From Scyliorhinus canicula (lineage: Eukaryota): a DNA stretch of 64,000 nucleotides. Each line of letters starts with the position of its first letter. The first letter of the stretch is position 1. Location of the stretch: positions 139,293,879 to 139,357,878 of the forward strand of contig NC_052153.1 in NCBI RefSeq assembly GCF_902713615.1. Reading direction: 5' to 3'. The position numbers were made by a program, and so were the translations under genes. This document shows, one piece after another, positions 50,138 through 63,267 of the stretch. Under the pieces are notes generated by a model that was given only the letters and a program-made list of their open reading frames with translations, was not told where the DNA came from and ran no database searches.

Positions 50138-50535
50138 ACTCTCTGAAGTTGCTTACTCATTTTGGGATTTGATTCCATTTGTGCTAATTTTATAAGTATC
50201 TCACGACATCAGTCCTTCTCCAAGTTCGTGTCTGGATATTGGGTGCTGTTGGATTATTCAAGTGTGGTAAATATCACAGCCAAGTCTAATCCTTGCCCAA
50301 TGTCCACACATTCACATTTTTCAATGGAAATGACTCCGTGTCAACCAAGAGCTGGAACTAGCGCTAATTTTCATATTCTTTAACTGATGGACACAGGCTC
50401 TTTGTGGTTACCCTACCTCTGTTTTGGCTAGGTCAGATAGCACAGTACAGGCCATGGACTGAGCCTGGGAGTTTCCTGATATGTATGGCTCAATATCACT
50501 CTGCGCTTTGTACTTATCCAGTGAACCATCAGGAT
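50138..50535 (-). mobile_element. LF-SINE-like ancient SINE, near full length
   Basis: Minus CCTGATGGTTCACTGG..GAGCCATACATATCAGGAAACTCCCAGG..TGTGTGGACATTGGGCAAGGA..TTGGCTGTGAT..GAGTAAGCAACTTCAG collinear with the recalled LF-SINE consensus. Confidence 0.7.
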
Positions 50536-53104
50536 ATAGACAGTATTTTCACTAAAACAAAGACTGTTTTACTAAGTTATACTACTGCTATACCTAATCA
50601 TAGCAGAGTATTTGATGCTGCTCTGCTTACAATTTTAGATTTGATTATTAATAGGTTTCCAGAATTTGATGGAGAATGAGCTTATGGTTGTGTGTAAGAA
50701 GATAAAGCAAATGCTTCAGACACTAAACATCATTTGCATACCCTGCGTAGCCAATTTATCTTTGCAACGTAGTTTAATACATCTGTCACACTGGATGAAA
50801 AATAATTTTGTTAAGTACACTGTTCAGTATGTTATTCTGTATTTCAGGATTGTTTTCAAATAAAAATCTTGCATAAGAATTTGAAACACAATAAACTGAA
50901 ACTAGTCTCGTGCATGCAATTTATTGCATTGGATTTTTTTAAAAAGCCTTTCTAAAAAGCACGGACTATTAAACGGCGTTTTAAACTGCTAGAAATAGAT
51001 TGGCAAAAAGTGCTGGATACCGTGTCTGAATTTGCATATAAATAATCAAGTGACTCTCAGGATTCACAGTGCCATGTGAAAACTGAGGAAAGCCATTTGC
51101 TGGCACACATAAGATGCCACCGCCATTTTGTGTGAACAAACAAAAGCAGCAGCGCCACTAAAAGAATTATGAAGCTATTCAATGGGTGACATGTACAAAG
51201 AGGGAATAATATGTACAATACTGCTCCTGACTACAATACGCTACGTCTTAAGCTTGATGTGTGTAAAACTATTTCTCACACACTCTGCATTCTTAATTGA
51301 GATTCTGTGAGAGGTTCCCAGTTCAAATCATTGGACCGATTCAGGTTTCCCTTTGCTTTTGTTTCAAAGACTATTTCTTAGAAGATACAAAGGAAAATGG
51401 AAAACATTTACGATCACATGGTTTAAAAACTTTTTTTAAAAATTACAATGCCTGATTGAAATGCTGAATATTGTCTATTCGGCAATGCATAGACGTAGCA
51501 TGAAATGTGCCAAATGCCCCAATTTTAAAATCTTTTGTATAGGAATTCTAAAACTCAATTGACTGCAAGCTTGAAAACTGGACTGAACCAATATTGAGCC
51601 ATTAGGATTTTTTTAAACTTCAGAACAAAATGAAAGGCAACATTCACTTTTCTTGAAATTATTCTTTTCTCAAGACTATAAATTTTTTTTTAAATATTGA
51701 GTTCCCTTCTTTTTTGATTCAGTACTGCCCAGATATATGATAACTCTTTACCAATATACTTAAACTATTTCTTACATTATTAAAAATTCTGAGTACAGAG
51801 TCTTCAGCCTTTCTTTCCCATGAGGTCCAGCTGTCACAGTACACCAGTGACATTATTATGTAAATTATTATGGAGCTTTCTCTTTCATTGAGTTAACCTT
51901 TTGCAGACTGAACTTGATTTGAAGCTGGAAGCAGTAACATGCTTGGCATGATAAATAGTAAACTTTTGTTCCCCGTATCAATGATTAACTGTTAAAACAG
52001 TAAGGATATCTTGCAATAAAACATGAATTATTATAGGTCTACCAGATTTTATAAAATGCCACAATAATAACTTTGTGATTATAAATGTTTCTAGATGACT
52101 TACTATGCCCACACAAACAAAATCACTTTTATATCTAAAAATTGATCATACACTTAACAAAAAATGTAAATTGGTACCAAGAAAGTCATTTACGTGCATA
52201 TATATGGCTAGTTGTCATTACCTCATTAGTTTACATTCGGAACTTCAATAAAAACCCAGTGATAAATTTTATCAACTCATAAATGTGGATTGTTTCTTTA
52301 ACCTTTTTTACTTAAACTTGTTAAATGTTTGCTTTTTCATTAATGTCAGTTGTGTTTTTGTATTTGTATGATTAAATACTATTAATAATTCTCAATAGAA
52401 GATGCCTGCACTATTGAACTGCTGGCATCTTCATTTTAATTTTAAATATTGGCATTTAGAGGATGCAGAAAACACTTGAGAAACTGTAAATACAGGAATG
52501 ATTTTGTAACAGAAATAAAGTAACTCAAGAATAAGAACATGTTGAGCCTCTTTCATGAGTGGACTAAATATTGCGGTATATTCTGTGTTGCGTTCCTATC
52601 ATTACTGTGTTTAATAAAAATAATTAATTTAAGTTTAACCTAAGTTGAGAATGATTCAAAGTTTATCATATACTTCATATGCCTCAGTAGATCATGTGAC
52701 CTGCCTCTCGTATCTCTACAGCGTCAAGTGATGGCTGCCTTCCCTTATAGGATTATTATATAAAGTTAAGATTCACAAGATTTCTTAAACCAAAAACAGA
52801 TTAGAATGCAAACTCAAGCAAGGATGAGGGTTTAGTTGTGTCAGTGTAATAGTCGTTTTTTTTCAATAAACAAAAATGATTTTTTAAAATCAGAATTTGG
52901 TGCTTAACTGTCAGGAATTAAAATGAATGCGTATTTTGATTTACCAGATTATAGTGAACAAACACAATAAAACACTACTTGGCCAAAGCAGCAATGAAAG
53001 TAGAAAAACTGGACTCTGTGCTCCTGGAATAAGGATTAAAAGAAAAATCAACCATACTTACACTTCTAATTGCTTGACCAATTTGAATCAGGTGGGAACC
53101 TTAT

Positions 53105-53296
53105 TACCAAAGAGAAAATGCTGGAAACTCTCAGCAGGTCTGGCAGCATCTGTAGGGAGAGAGAAGAGCTAACGTTTTGAGTCCAGATGACCCTTTGTCA
53201 AGCTAAAAGACTTGGAAAGTGGGAAATATTTATACTGTGGGATGAGAGAATGAAAGATGAATCGTAGCCACAGAAACCAAGGGAACAGAGTGCTAG
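53105..53296. mobile_element. Penelope-like terminal fragment
   Basis: AAATGCTGGAAACTCTCAGCAGGTCTGGCAGCATCTG..GAGCTAACGTTTTGAGTCC. Confidence 0.65.
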
Positions 53297-54039
53297 GGGA
53301 ACGTTATTACTCTATTCAAATCAGAGTCCACTTTGGTGCAAATTTTACTGGCCAACTGAGTGGAAGATGGCCTGTGAATGCTCTGTTCTGTAAAGGTTAG
53401 TGGTACAGCAGAAGAGGCCTGCAGATGGATCTGCTAAATTATTGTGGGGTCAGGACAAGCAGAAATGCTCTTGTGGGCTCCAGAACAATAATGTTGGCTG
53501 TTGTTACCCTAAGCTTTCCTATCCCACCCTGCTAGTTCCGCCATCCCTGTTTTATTTGTTATTAAAATATCAAAGGTCAGAAAAAGGTTGTTTAACTGAC
53601 TGAAGATTCATCCAGTCAGGCCATGAAGTGTCCATTCACGTTTTTATTTTTGTAGTAAGGTGCTGCATGATATGTTTGGACATGTCAAGTGGGAATGGTG
53701 GAAATGTGCAGTGGGACAAATTGAAGGCAAGAGGTCAAGTCATGAGATTGCCATGAATATGTCCAATTAGAATGGACAACCTGAGAGTTGCCTGATATTA
53801 TGCTGGCCAGAGGTGATGAGCTGAAGGGAAATGAGCATCTGATGCTCACAGTCAGTCAGCAGCAGGATAATGAGGCGCAGAATCTCAAAACAGTCTTGTT
53901 CTTCCACTGGCACCTTTGTGTGACTGACCATCACCAAATCGTTAAAATCTACCCCCATTGCTTTTACAGGGATTCACCATCAAACCTCACATTTCTTTTT
54001 TGTGGCTGCCAGAATGCTGGTTGCCCAACCTTCTCTATC

Positions 54040-54760
54040 TCTTCCTGTCAGACACCTATTTCACTTCTAATTTTGCTGCATTTGAGTCTCTTACCACCAC
54101 ATTTTTCCATCTGGTCTTAGGCCTGCCTCTTCTACTTCTCCCCACAGGCCCAACTCTTACTTGTTTCACCACATTTCCTCTCCCTTTCTGTAACTGATGA
54201 CCACACGTTTTCAATCTATTCACTGACACCCTCAATATCTTCACCATCCCTCTGAAGTGCTGGTTCCTGATTTTTCCTTTCATGTTACTCCACACATCGC
54301 ATCTCATTTGTATCCAGTCATTGCCTCTCTTTTTTTCTGTTGCCCCCAAGTTGCTCCACTATATAACAAGGCCAGTCCTACATAGTTCTGCATATTTTTT
54401 CTTTCAATTTTAGTGTAACATTTCTATTGCATAACACTCCACTGTACTTCTTCCAATTATTCCAACCAAAGCTAATCCATTGCTTTATTTCCATTCCCAT
54501 GCTTCCACCTCCAGACACCATTGACACCAGGTACTTGAAGCGACTCACTTTCTTCAAGTCTTCATCCATAATCTTTATACCTTCACACTGATCCTCTTCC
54601 CTAGCCTCAAACGGATATTCCATAAATTGGAACTTCACTCTCCTGACCTTCAGACCTATGTCTTCCAATACTTTCCTCCAGTTCTCCAAATATCTGGGTG
54701 TCATCTCATTATCCACATATCATTGCTCATTTGCAAACATCATTGACCATTATGTTATAA
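54040..54760 (-). mobile_element. RTE-clade LINE RT/C-terminal fragment
   Basis: LENWRKVLEDIGLKV..FKYLVS..GWNNWKKYSGVLCN; GRSRRGRPKTRW. Confidence 0.85.
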
Positions 54761-54986
54761 GTTCGATTATCTTTACCATCCAAGCAAGGGTAAATCTATC
54801 CATTGAATTTATTGTTCGTTTAAAACCCCAACTAAAAGTCAAATCTTAATTAGCTGTGCCAGCTGGTGACGCTGTCTTAAAGTAAAATGTCTCTTTGTTC
54901 AGGAGTTTTTAGACAACAAAGATATCTCAGAATCGAACACACACGGTTCATTATAACAGAATAATTTCTCTTATTGCATAAGCATT

Positions 54987-55315
54987 GAGTGGCATGGTGA
55001 CACAGTGGTTAGCACTGCTGCCTCACAGTGCCAGGGACCCGGGTTCAATCTTGACCACAGGTGACTGTCTGAGTGGAGTTTGCACGTTCTCCCGGTGTCT
55101 GCGTGGGTTTCCTCCAGATGTCCGGTATCCTCTCAGTCTACAGATTTGCAGGTTAGATGGATTGGCCATGCTAAATTGCCCCTAAGTGTCCAAAGGTTTG
55201 GTGGGATTACAAGGATAGGGTGGGGGAATGTGCATTTGTATGGTGGTCTTTCATAGGGAAGGTGCAGACTCAGTGGGTCAAAGGGTCTCGTCCTGCACTG
55301 TAGGGATTCTGTGAA
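54987..55315 (+). mobile_element. HE1-type V-SINE
   Basis: Full-length, diverged. Confidence 0.88.
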
Positions 55316-55331
55316 AAACCATTGAGACCTG

Positions 55332-55915
55332 GGGCGGGATTCTCTCAGCCCAGGTCGGGCTGAAGAATCACCGGGACGGGCGCGAATCACTGGAGAACGG
55401 AGAATTGACGCCATTGGCGCTGGTGCGGTCAGCGTGGCGCCGGCCGGGGGCCCCCGCTCTACGCGCCCACCCCGGCAATCCTCTGCCTGGGATGGGCCAA
55501 GCGGCCACACAAAAAATCTGAGTCCCGCTGGTGCCGTCCACGTGTGGTCTTACCCGACGGGACCTCGGCGTGCATTCATCCAGGGACGGCCTGGTGGGGG
55601 GGAGGGGGATCCGACCCCGGGGGTGGGGGGGGGGTGCTCTGCTGTGGCCTGGCCCAAGATCGAGGCCTACCGATCAGTGGGCCGGCCTCTCGGGCAGGGG
55701 GCCTCTTTTGTTCAGCGCTGGGCCCTGTAGCCTTACGCCATGTTGCGTCGGGGCCGGCGTGGAGAAGGGAACCACCGCACATGCGCAGACCCGTGGCGCC
55801 CATCTGATGCTGGGATCAGAATCGCTGATCCTGAGGGCATATTGACGCCGTCGAGAAATGCGACGGCGTTTACAATGGCGTCAACACTTAGCCTCAGGGT
55901 CAGAGAATCCCACCC
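55332..55915. mobile_element. GC-rich Harbinger-type MITE
   Basis: TIR GGGCGGGATTCTCT..AGAGAATCCCACCC, TSD CTG. Confidence 0.92.
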
Positions 55916-56167
55916 CTGGTTCTTCAATGTCACTTTCTATGAAACCTCTCTGAGAATATGTAGAATCCTATCGTTGAGAATTCTACAAGAGTTAATGTCC
56001 ATGAGGTTTACTGACTGAGACTACAATCTTTTTGGTGGCTGCTATTTATTGTCAGTTTAAATCTTGGGTTACATTATCATACCTTTTTGAATATAATGAA
56101 GTATAAATGCAAGATAAACAAACTGATCTAAATATAATGATTTAACTAAAAATAAAGAGTCCATTCT

Positions 56168-56920
56168 GGGTGGGAATCGAGGGATTGTTCCCGGTGCTTC
56201 AAGCACCAGGAACAACTCTGCTATCTAACAGTACTCGCCCCGCTGAGGCCACACTTAGCCACATATCTTGCACGATAGTTCCATTGAGCGGAGCTTCTCA
56301 GTGCAGGAAGAGATCGGAGTGCCATTTTTAAATGGCTCCCCAATCTTCTGACCCCCTTGATGCAACCCTTGGACCTCCCATTGCCCCACCTCACCTGTTA
56401 GGCGGTCCTCAAGCCCCCACTGCACATCAACACATACCAGCAGGGCACTCCGGGGCCCAATCCCCAGTGCAGGCAAAATGCCAGCCGAGCACCTTAACAC
56501 TGCCAGCCTAGCACCCTGGCAGTGCCCCTGCCAGCCTGGTGGTGCCCCCCTGCCTGGAGCCAGCTACCCGGGACCTCCTATCTCCTGGGTAACCCCCCCC
56601 CCCCAGTGCCATTCCACCTGGTCTCCCTTTGTGGGACCAGTGCTAAACGGCGCCTGGCTGGGGTCTCTTTGGCGAGACCGACAGATGCTGGGTGGTCATT
56701 CGATCTGGCAGCAGCACGGTTATGTGAGTTTTTAAACCTGCTTAACTTTGCGAGATTGGGTCGCACCCATTATAGGTGGGATTCGGATCCCAACATCTCG
56801 CGAGATCTCAATAGATCTCGCCAGGCATAACGACCCAACGGGTCTGGAGCGGCCTCTGCTAGGATCTACCGGCTGCATCCCATTCCAATTCCGATGGGAC
56901 GTGGTCGATAAATCATGCCC
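56168..56920. mobile_element. Harbinger-like non-autonomous element
   Basis: Ends TAAATCATGCCC; collinear with 36538-37052. Confidence 0.65.
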
Positions 56921-57559
56921 AATGAATGCAAACTTCAAATTCACTTTGAGAAAAAAATTAAAAACGATATTGAAATAAATAACAAACTTACAATCAAAAA
57001 TTTTAAATGTAGTTTTTGCTGTCTTTGTCTCAGCCATGAGGAAACCTTTCTGAAGGTCTTGACTCAATGATGTTCCCATGACACCTGACTGACTTATTTG
57101 CTTCAGTTTGTAATGTAAAGAAAATCTGTTGCCTTTTGAAATAATATACCATTGTCCATCATACCGCTCAGTTTCTTTGTCCTACAAATTTTTGAAAATC
57201 AAAAGAATGTGATTCTGTAAAAAGCAAGTTATCCGCTTAACTATGGCTCCTTGTCTGGTAAAGTCTGTACTTCTGTCTGTCTCTCTATTTCTGTGAAAAT
57301 AATATGTATGTATTTTTCAAAGAGGATTTTTTAGCTATATTCTATTTGAATTAAAATTTTAACCTTTTCATCGACTGAGCCAAATCCTTTACAATTGCAT
57401 TTCCAGTCTCACCTGCTCAGTTAGAACACATGACAATCAGGAAGAGGAAGAGGCTCAGAGCTGATCCTTGGTATCATTCAACTTTGGATTCAAAATGCTG
57501 ACTCTCCCCAACATTGCTTCATACTCTTGTACCATCTAACCTCACACATGTGCAGCATT

Positions 57560-58830
57560 TTACAGTCGGACAGTGGGCTGATGTCCTTCGTGATCCGCTG
57601 TAAAATCAGGCACTGAAATCATTATGTCTTATTATGGAAAGCGAGCAGGCCAAAATGTCGGAAGCCCACTCACCTTCTCAAACAAGCCAATTATGTGTTT
57701 GTTGTGGCAATTAAGTTGCTAATTCATCGCTATATTCTGGAATGCATACACCCATTCCATCAGCATTGCCAAGAGAGGGTCCCTAGGAAATTCACAAACA
57801 TCAGCATTAATTTTGGCCTCTCCCAACTGGTCTGATCCCTTATTGACTGGTCAGAGTCCAGATATCCTACTTCATTTTGCCCAGAACTGTCAAATTTTTC
57901 ATTTCCCAAGCTATTTCCAATCTTTCTCAGGGGTTATGGGCTCTCTTCACCTTTGAAACATGGTTCAGTATTGGGATGCATCTGCCCTTCAGTCCAAGAA
58001 TCCCACAATCTCTGGCACTTCCCCACATTGTGCCATACATCCTGCACCATATAACCTTCCCCACCCCCATGTCCCAGCCCCCAAGAGCCTTCAGGATAAC
58101 AAGGCTCCTTAAACCATCATTGTAGGTGAACATCCATCCATGCCCCTTGCAAACTTTTCCCATGCACAACACATACATATCCTCCCACACGTGTGCTCAT
58201 GTCAAGAGTTTAGATCCTCACTCACCCGTACAGCATGGAGAAGGTCATTTACCTTTTTTCTACATCATAGCCAGGTCCTAAAGATGACCCAATAGTCTCC
58301 TGATCTCCTCTGCTATCTCCACCATAGCTTTCTGTTGAAGGAGAACCTCCCACCAAACAGTGATAGCTTGCAGGAGGGCACAAGGAATTATAATTAAATA
58401 GTGCGGCCCTCTGTGAGTGTTCCTCTGCCATTGTTGATAATTGGGTGTGCTGATTGCACTGCTTGGGGTGTGTGAATATTTGTCCTCAGTGACCAGTGGT
58501 ATTGAGTGCTTCAGGACAACTGGGTCTGACAGGATTGCAGTAGCCCCTCTACTTGCCCCTGAACGGCAATGTCTGCCCCTGAACTGCACTCTGTCCTTCT
58601 CCTGCAGATCCTCCATTCCACTCACACATGCTGCCAATAATTGCTTCCACTTCTACACCTGCCCACATTGCAGCCCTCAAACATTCTTTGGACTTTTTCG
58701 TTCACTGAAATTCCTGTTGTTTGGCTGTTAATTAGCTAGCTGAAGTGTGATTGCTACAGTATCATGGGACTGGGACTGGGCAGAACTGGGCAAGCTGTCC
58801 GCTTCTGCGTCCGCACATGACACCCGCTCA
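57560..58830 (-). mobile_element. Harbinger relic with Myb/SANT-like exon (~58225-58380)
   Basis: KAMVEIAEEIRR..KKVNDLLHAVR followed by donor GTGAGT. Confidence 0.6.
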
Positions 58831-59939
58831 CGGAATGCACGATTATGCCTATGAAGTTTGGTGACTTGGGCACACTAAACCAAAAGGCTTTCCAATCCTT
58901 CTGTAATCTGAACATTTTAAGAGTGAATATTTTCAGTAATGGGATAAAAAAGAACCTAATTAGTGAAAAAGAATTATCTTTGCGCTCCATCACTCCACAT
59001 TGGAAACAATTCTATTTCAGCCTGAGACAATCTCCATGAAATTAGATTTTCATACCCAAAAAGAGGTGACAGCCAAACAGCTGTTAATTAGGATCAAAGG
59101 TCAATTGTAAAAGGAAATCTCTTTGTATTATGCCTAGTTATATTCTGTGGAAGTATTCTATAGAATTAAAAGGCAACATATTAATATGTTTTTTGAAAGA
59201 TGTCCACATTTTAGTTGATACCTAATTTACATTTACATTAAACTCAGTCGCATGCATTGTAACAGATTGCTGAGATATGTGTTTACAATATGATTTCTCA
59301 CACAGTGAGATCCTGATCTAAATTGATCACAGAAGATATCTCCCAGAGAGGGAGCTTTATGTTGGGTCATGTTCAGGAACATTCCAATAACTAAATATAG
59401 AGCAACCATGGCAGAGATTTTTGTTGAGGTCTCCAAGCCAACCCATTAATTGGGAAGGTAGGAAATGCAAAGAGATTTCAGGAAGGTCAAAACAATAAAT
59501 TCAAGCAGAAAATACATCAGGCATGTTCACTGTGTGGCACAGAACTTGCAGGAAGGTATGCCTTCAAATACCCTCTCAAACTTTTGATAACAGTGGTCTC
59601 GTAGCGAAGAACCTGAAGGAAATTTGGAAGGGGTGGCATCTGTAGCACAATGGAGTGTGATGGGTGTCATTGTAAACTTTACTTAAAATTTAAGAGACTG
59701 AAAAAAAAATATCATTTTTATCATTCTGTTGAAGGAACATCCCCCTGAATAAATGGTGAAACATGTGAATTTTTTCCCTCCATGCTGCGGTATTGGCTTT
59801 CATAGATTAACCATTTCTTATCTAGCGTTTAATATAATATTGTGGTTTACAGATATTACAATGCAGTACAAAATATGCCACCAGTACTGTATAATTTTAT
59901 TGTTCACAAATAGTTGCAACTATTAAAGTACATGTAGGA

Positions 59940-60270
59940 AGGCTGTGGCGTAGTGGCATTATCACTTGACTAGTAATCCAGAGACCGAAAGTCAGAATCT
60001 GGGGACCCAGGTTCGAATCCCACCATGTCAGATGTAGAAATTTCAATTCAATAAAAATCTGGAATTAGAAGTCTAAAAAGTGACCATTAAACCATTGTTG
60101 ATTGTCATAAATACCCATTTGGTTCACCAATACCTTTAGAGAAGGAAATTTGTCATCCTTACCTGGTCTCCATGTGAGACTCTAGACCCATAGCAATGTG
60201 GTTGACTTACATGGGCAATAAATGCTGGATCAGCCAGCGACGTCCACATCCCATGAATGAACAAAGAAAA
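59940..60270 (+). mobile_element. tRNA-derived SINE family C
   Basis: TGGCGTAGTGG A box, GGTTCGAATCC B box, tail GGGCAATAAATGCTGG..CCACATCCCATGAATGAA. Confidence 0.82.
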
Positions 60271-60287
60271 TGAGGAGTTTTATTATC

Positions 60288-60425
60288 AGTAAAGTAAAAG
60301 CAAAGTAAAATCACCGTAGTCCCAGATGCTCTTAGGCTACTTTGACCTGTGAGGGGATGAGCTGACTGGTGGTGATTTAACCTGAGGATTACCTGTGGCA
60401 AGGGGCAAGGTTCAGAAGCCGGGAT
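60288..60425 (-). mobile_element. SINE tail-3 fragment
   Basis: Reverse of 10120-10251. Confidence 0.75.
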
Positions 60426-60454
60426 CTTCGGAAAACAACTACAAAATAAATCAT

Positions 60455-60643
60455 GGGCAGGATTCTCCCGCCCACCGCACCCATTTTATGGAGTGGCACG
60501 CCCCCGCCGGCAGGGGGATCCTCCATCCCGGCAGCCAGCCAAAGGAATTTCCCATTGTGGGCACTCCCACACCGTCGGGAAATCTGCGGGCGTCAGTGCA
60601 TTGTCAGCGAAGTGAAGGATCCCACCAATGGAGAATCCGGCCC
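60455..60643. mobile_element. Small Harbinger-type MITE (189 bp)
   Basis: TIR GGGCAGGATTCTCC..GGAGAATCCGGCCC, TSD CAT. Confidence 0.9.
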
Positions 60644-61089
60644 CATAACTTGCATTTATAAAACAAGCAACTGTTTAGAATATCCCAAACATTTTACAGG
60701 AGTCAAACAAATATAGAGCAGTGGTGGAAGGGTTAAGAGAGATAACTGAAATGCTCAGTTTTGACACTAATTATCTACTTTTAATAATTATCTATTTTAA
60801 ACTTGTGCAGTCAAGTGGCTGATAACAGCATCTCAGAGTCTACATCTGGTGAACCTCTGCTATTGGAGATCTTTTGTTCTTCAGAGAAGTTCCCACTTTT
60901 TTCTCCTCTGACTCAGAGCTCTCAAATCTGCCTCTTAAATCTGAAGTAAAGTTTATAATGATATACCAGGGTCCCTCTTCAAATTAGGAGCAGGAGTAGG
61001 CATTGCCTACACCACATAATTGGTGGGAATGGATAGGAGGAGGTGCAGGGTGAAGGGAAGACAGACAGTGAGCCAATGTGTGGTCAATG

Positions 61090-61350
61090 CACCTTGTGTT
61101 CTTCATGCATGTCTTTATTACCTCTGGACTTAACTATTCCAAACTTTTCCTGGCTTGGATTCCCCCTTCTCTCCTGCATAAAACTGTGCAAATCCAAATC
61201 TCTGCCTTCAATCACATCAAGCCCCGTTTACATATCACCACTGTGTTCAATGACTTACATTTGTTCCTGATCCAGCAGCATCTCAATTTTAAAACTTTTA
61301 TCCACATTTTCGAATCCCTTCATGTTCTTGCCCCTCCCTATCTCTCTAAT
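61090..61350 (+). mobile_element. L2 LINE fragment
   Basis: HVFITSGLNYSKLFLA..HITTVFNDLH..LAPPYLS. Confidence 0.78.
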
Positions 61351-61377
61351 GTCCACCAACAGCACCAAGAAATTCAT

Positions 61378-63170
61378 CAAAGAACAAAGAACAATGCAGT
61401 ACAGGAACAGGCCCTTCAGCCGCCCAAGCCTGCGCCGACCATTGTACCTGTTTAAACTAAAACCATCTGCACTTACGAAGTCTGTATCCTTCCATTGCCA
61501 CCCTATTCATATATTTGTCTAGATGCCCCTTAAATGCCGCTATCGTACCTGCTCCCATCACCTCCCCGAAACGCGTTCAAAATATTTACCACCCTCTGTG
61601 TAAAAACTTGCCTCGCACATCTGTTCTAAACTTTTCCGCAAGCACTTTAAATCTAAGTCCCTAATACTTGACTCTCCTACCCGAGGAAAGAGCATCTGAC
61701 TATCCACTCTGTCCATGCCATTCAATCTTGTAGATCTTGATCAGGTCGCCTCTCAACCTCCCTTGTTCCAGTGAGAACAGACCGAGTTTATCTCACCTCT
61801 CCTCATAGCTAATGCCCTCCCCATACCAGGCAACATCCTAGTAAACCGCTTCTGAATCCTCTCCAAGGCATCCACATCCTTCTGGTAGTATGGCGACCAG
61901 GGTTTTGCACAATATTCCAAATGAGACCTCTAAAATCCTGTACAGCTGCAACATGGCTTGCCAATTTTAAAATTCATTGCCCCAATCAATGAAGGCCAGT
62001 CTGCCGTATGCCTTCTTGACCACCTTAGCCACATGCATTGCCATTTGCAGTGATCGGTGGACATGCACGCCCAGATCTCTCTGTCTGTCAGTCCTTGCAA
62101 GAGTTCTACCATTTATTGTGTAATTCTTACGTGCATTGGATCTTCCAAAGTGCATTACCTCACACTTGCCCAGATTAAACTCCATCTGCCATTTCTCTGC
62201 CCAAAACTCCAACCAGTTTATATCCTGCTGTATCCTCTGACAATCCTCTTCACTATCCGCAACTCCACCAATTTTTGTATTGTCTGTGATCTTATTAATC
62301 AGACCAGCTAATTTTCTTCCAAATCATTTATATATACCATCAAAGGCCCAGAACTGATCCCTGTGGAACACTGCTAGCTGCAGCCAGCCATTCAGAAAAG
62401 CACCCTTCCACTGCTACCCTCTGTCTTCTGTGTCCAAGCCAGTTCTGTTTCCAACTTGCCAGCTCTCCTCTGATCCCATGTGACTCCACCTTTTGTACCA
62501 GTCTACCATTAGGTACCTTGTCAAAGGCTTTAAAGACGTCTATGTACACAACATCTACTATTTTTCCCTCATCTATCATCTTTGTCACCTCCTCGAAAAA
62601 CATAATCAAATTAGTGAGGCACGACCTCCCCTTCACAAAACCATGCTGTCCATCACTAATAAGTCTATTGGTTTCTAAATGTGAGTAAATCCTAACCCTT
62701 AAGAATCTTTTCCAATTGTTTCCCTGCCAGTGACGTAAGGCTCACTGGCCTATAATTTCCTGGATTATCCCTGCTGCCCTTCTTAAACAATGGAACAACA
62801 TTGGCTACTCTCCAGTCCTCCGGAACTTCACCTGTAGCCAATGTAGCCAATCTTACAAAGATTACCGTTCAAGCCCCAGCAATGTCCTCTCTTGCCTCCC
62901 GCATATTCTAGGATAGATCCCATCAGGCCCTGGGGACTAATCTACTTTAATGCTTTATAAGATGCCCAACACCTCCTCTTTATTAATATCAACATGACGA
63001 AGAATATCTACACACACTAATCTAAACTCCTCATCCACCAAGTCTTTCTCTTTGTTGAATACTGAAGCAAAGTATTCATTTAGTATCTCTCCCATTTCCT
63101 CTGGTTCCATACATAGATTCCCTCCGATATCCTTGAATGGACCAACCCTTTCTTTGGCTACCCTCTTGCT
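61378..63170 (-). mobile_element. CR1 LINE 3' part
   Basis: GRSCLTNLIMFFEEVT..KAFDKVP..VPQGSVLG; WAEKWQMEFNLGKCEVMHFG. Confidence 0.93.
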
Positions 63171-63267
63171 CTAAGACGGAACTGTCCAACGTTTCACACC
63201 GGAGACATTCACAGAGGCTCTCTGGGGTCAATGTTGAAACCTACCACGCAAATCCCACATATGTCAG

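Noticed and set aside
52398-52432. Hairpin GAAGATGCCTGCA..TGCTGGCATCTTC as miRNA or terminator
   Set aside because: A 13-bp stem is too short for a pre-miRNA and is compatible with chance.
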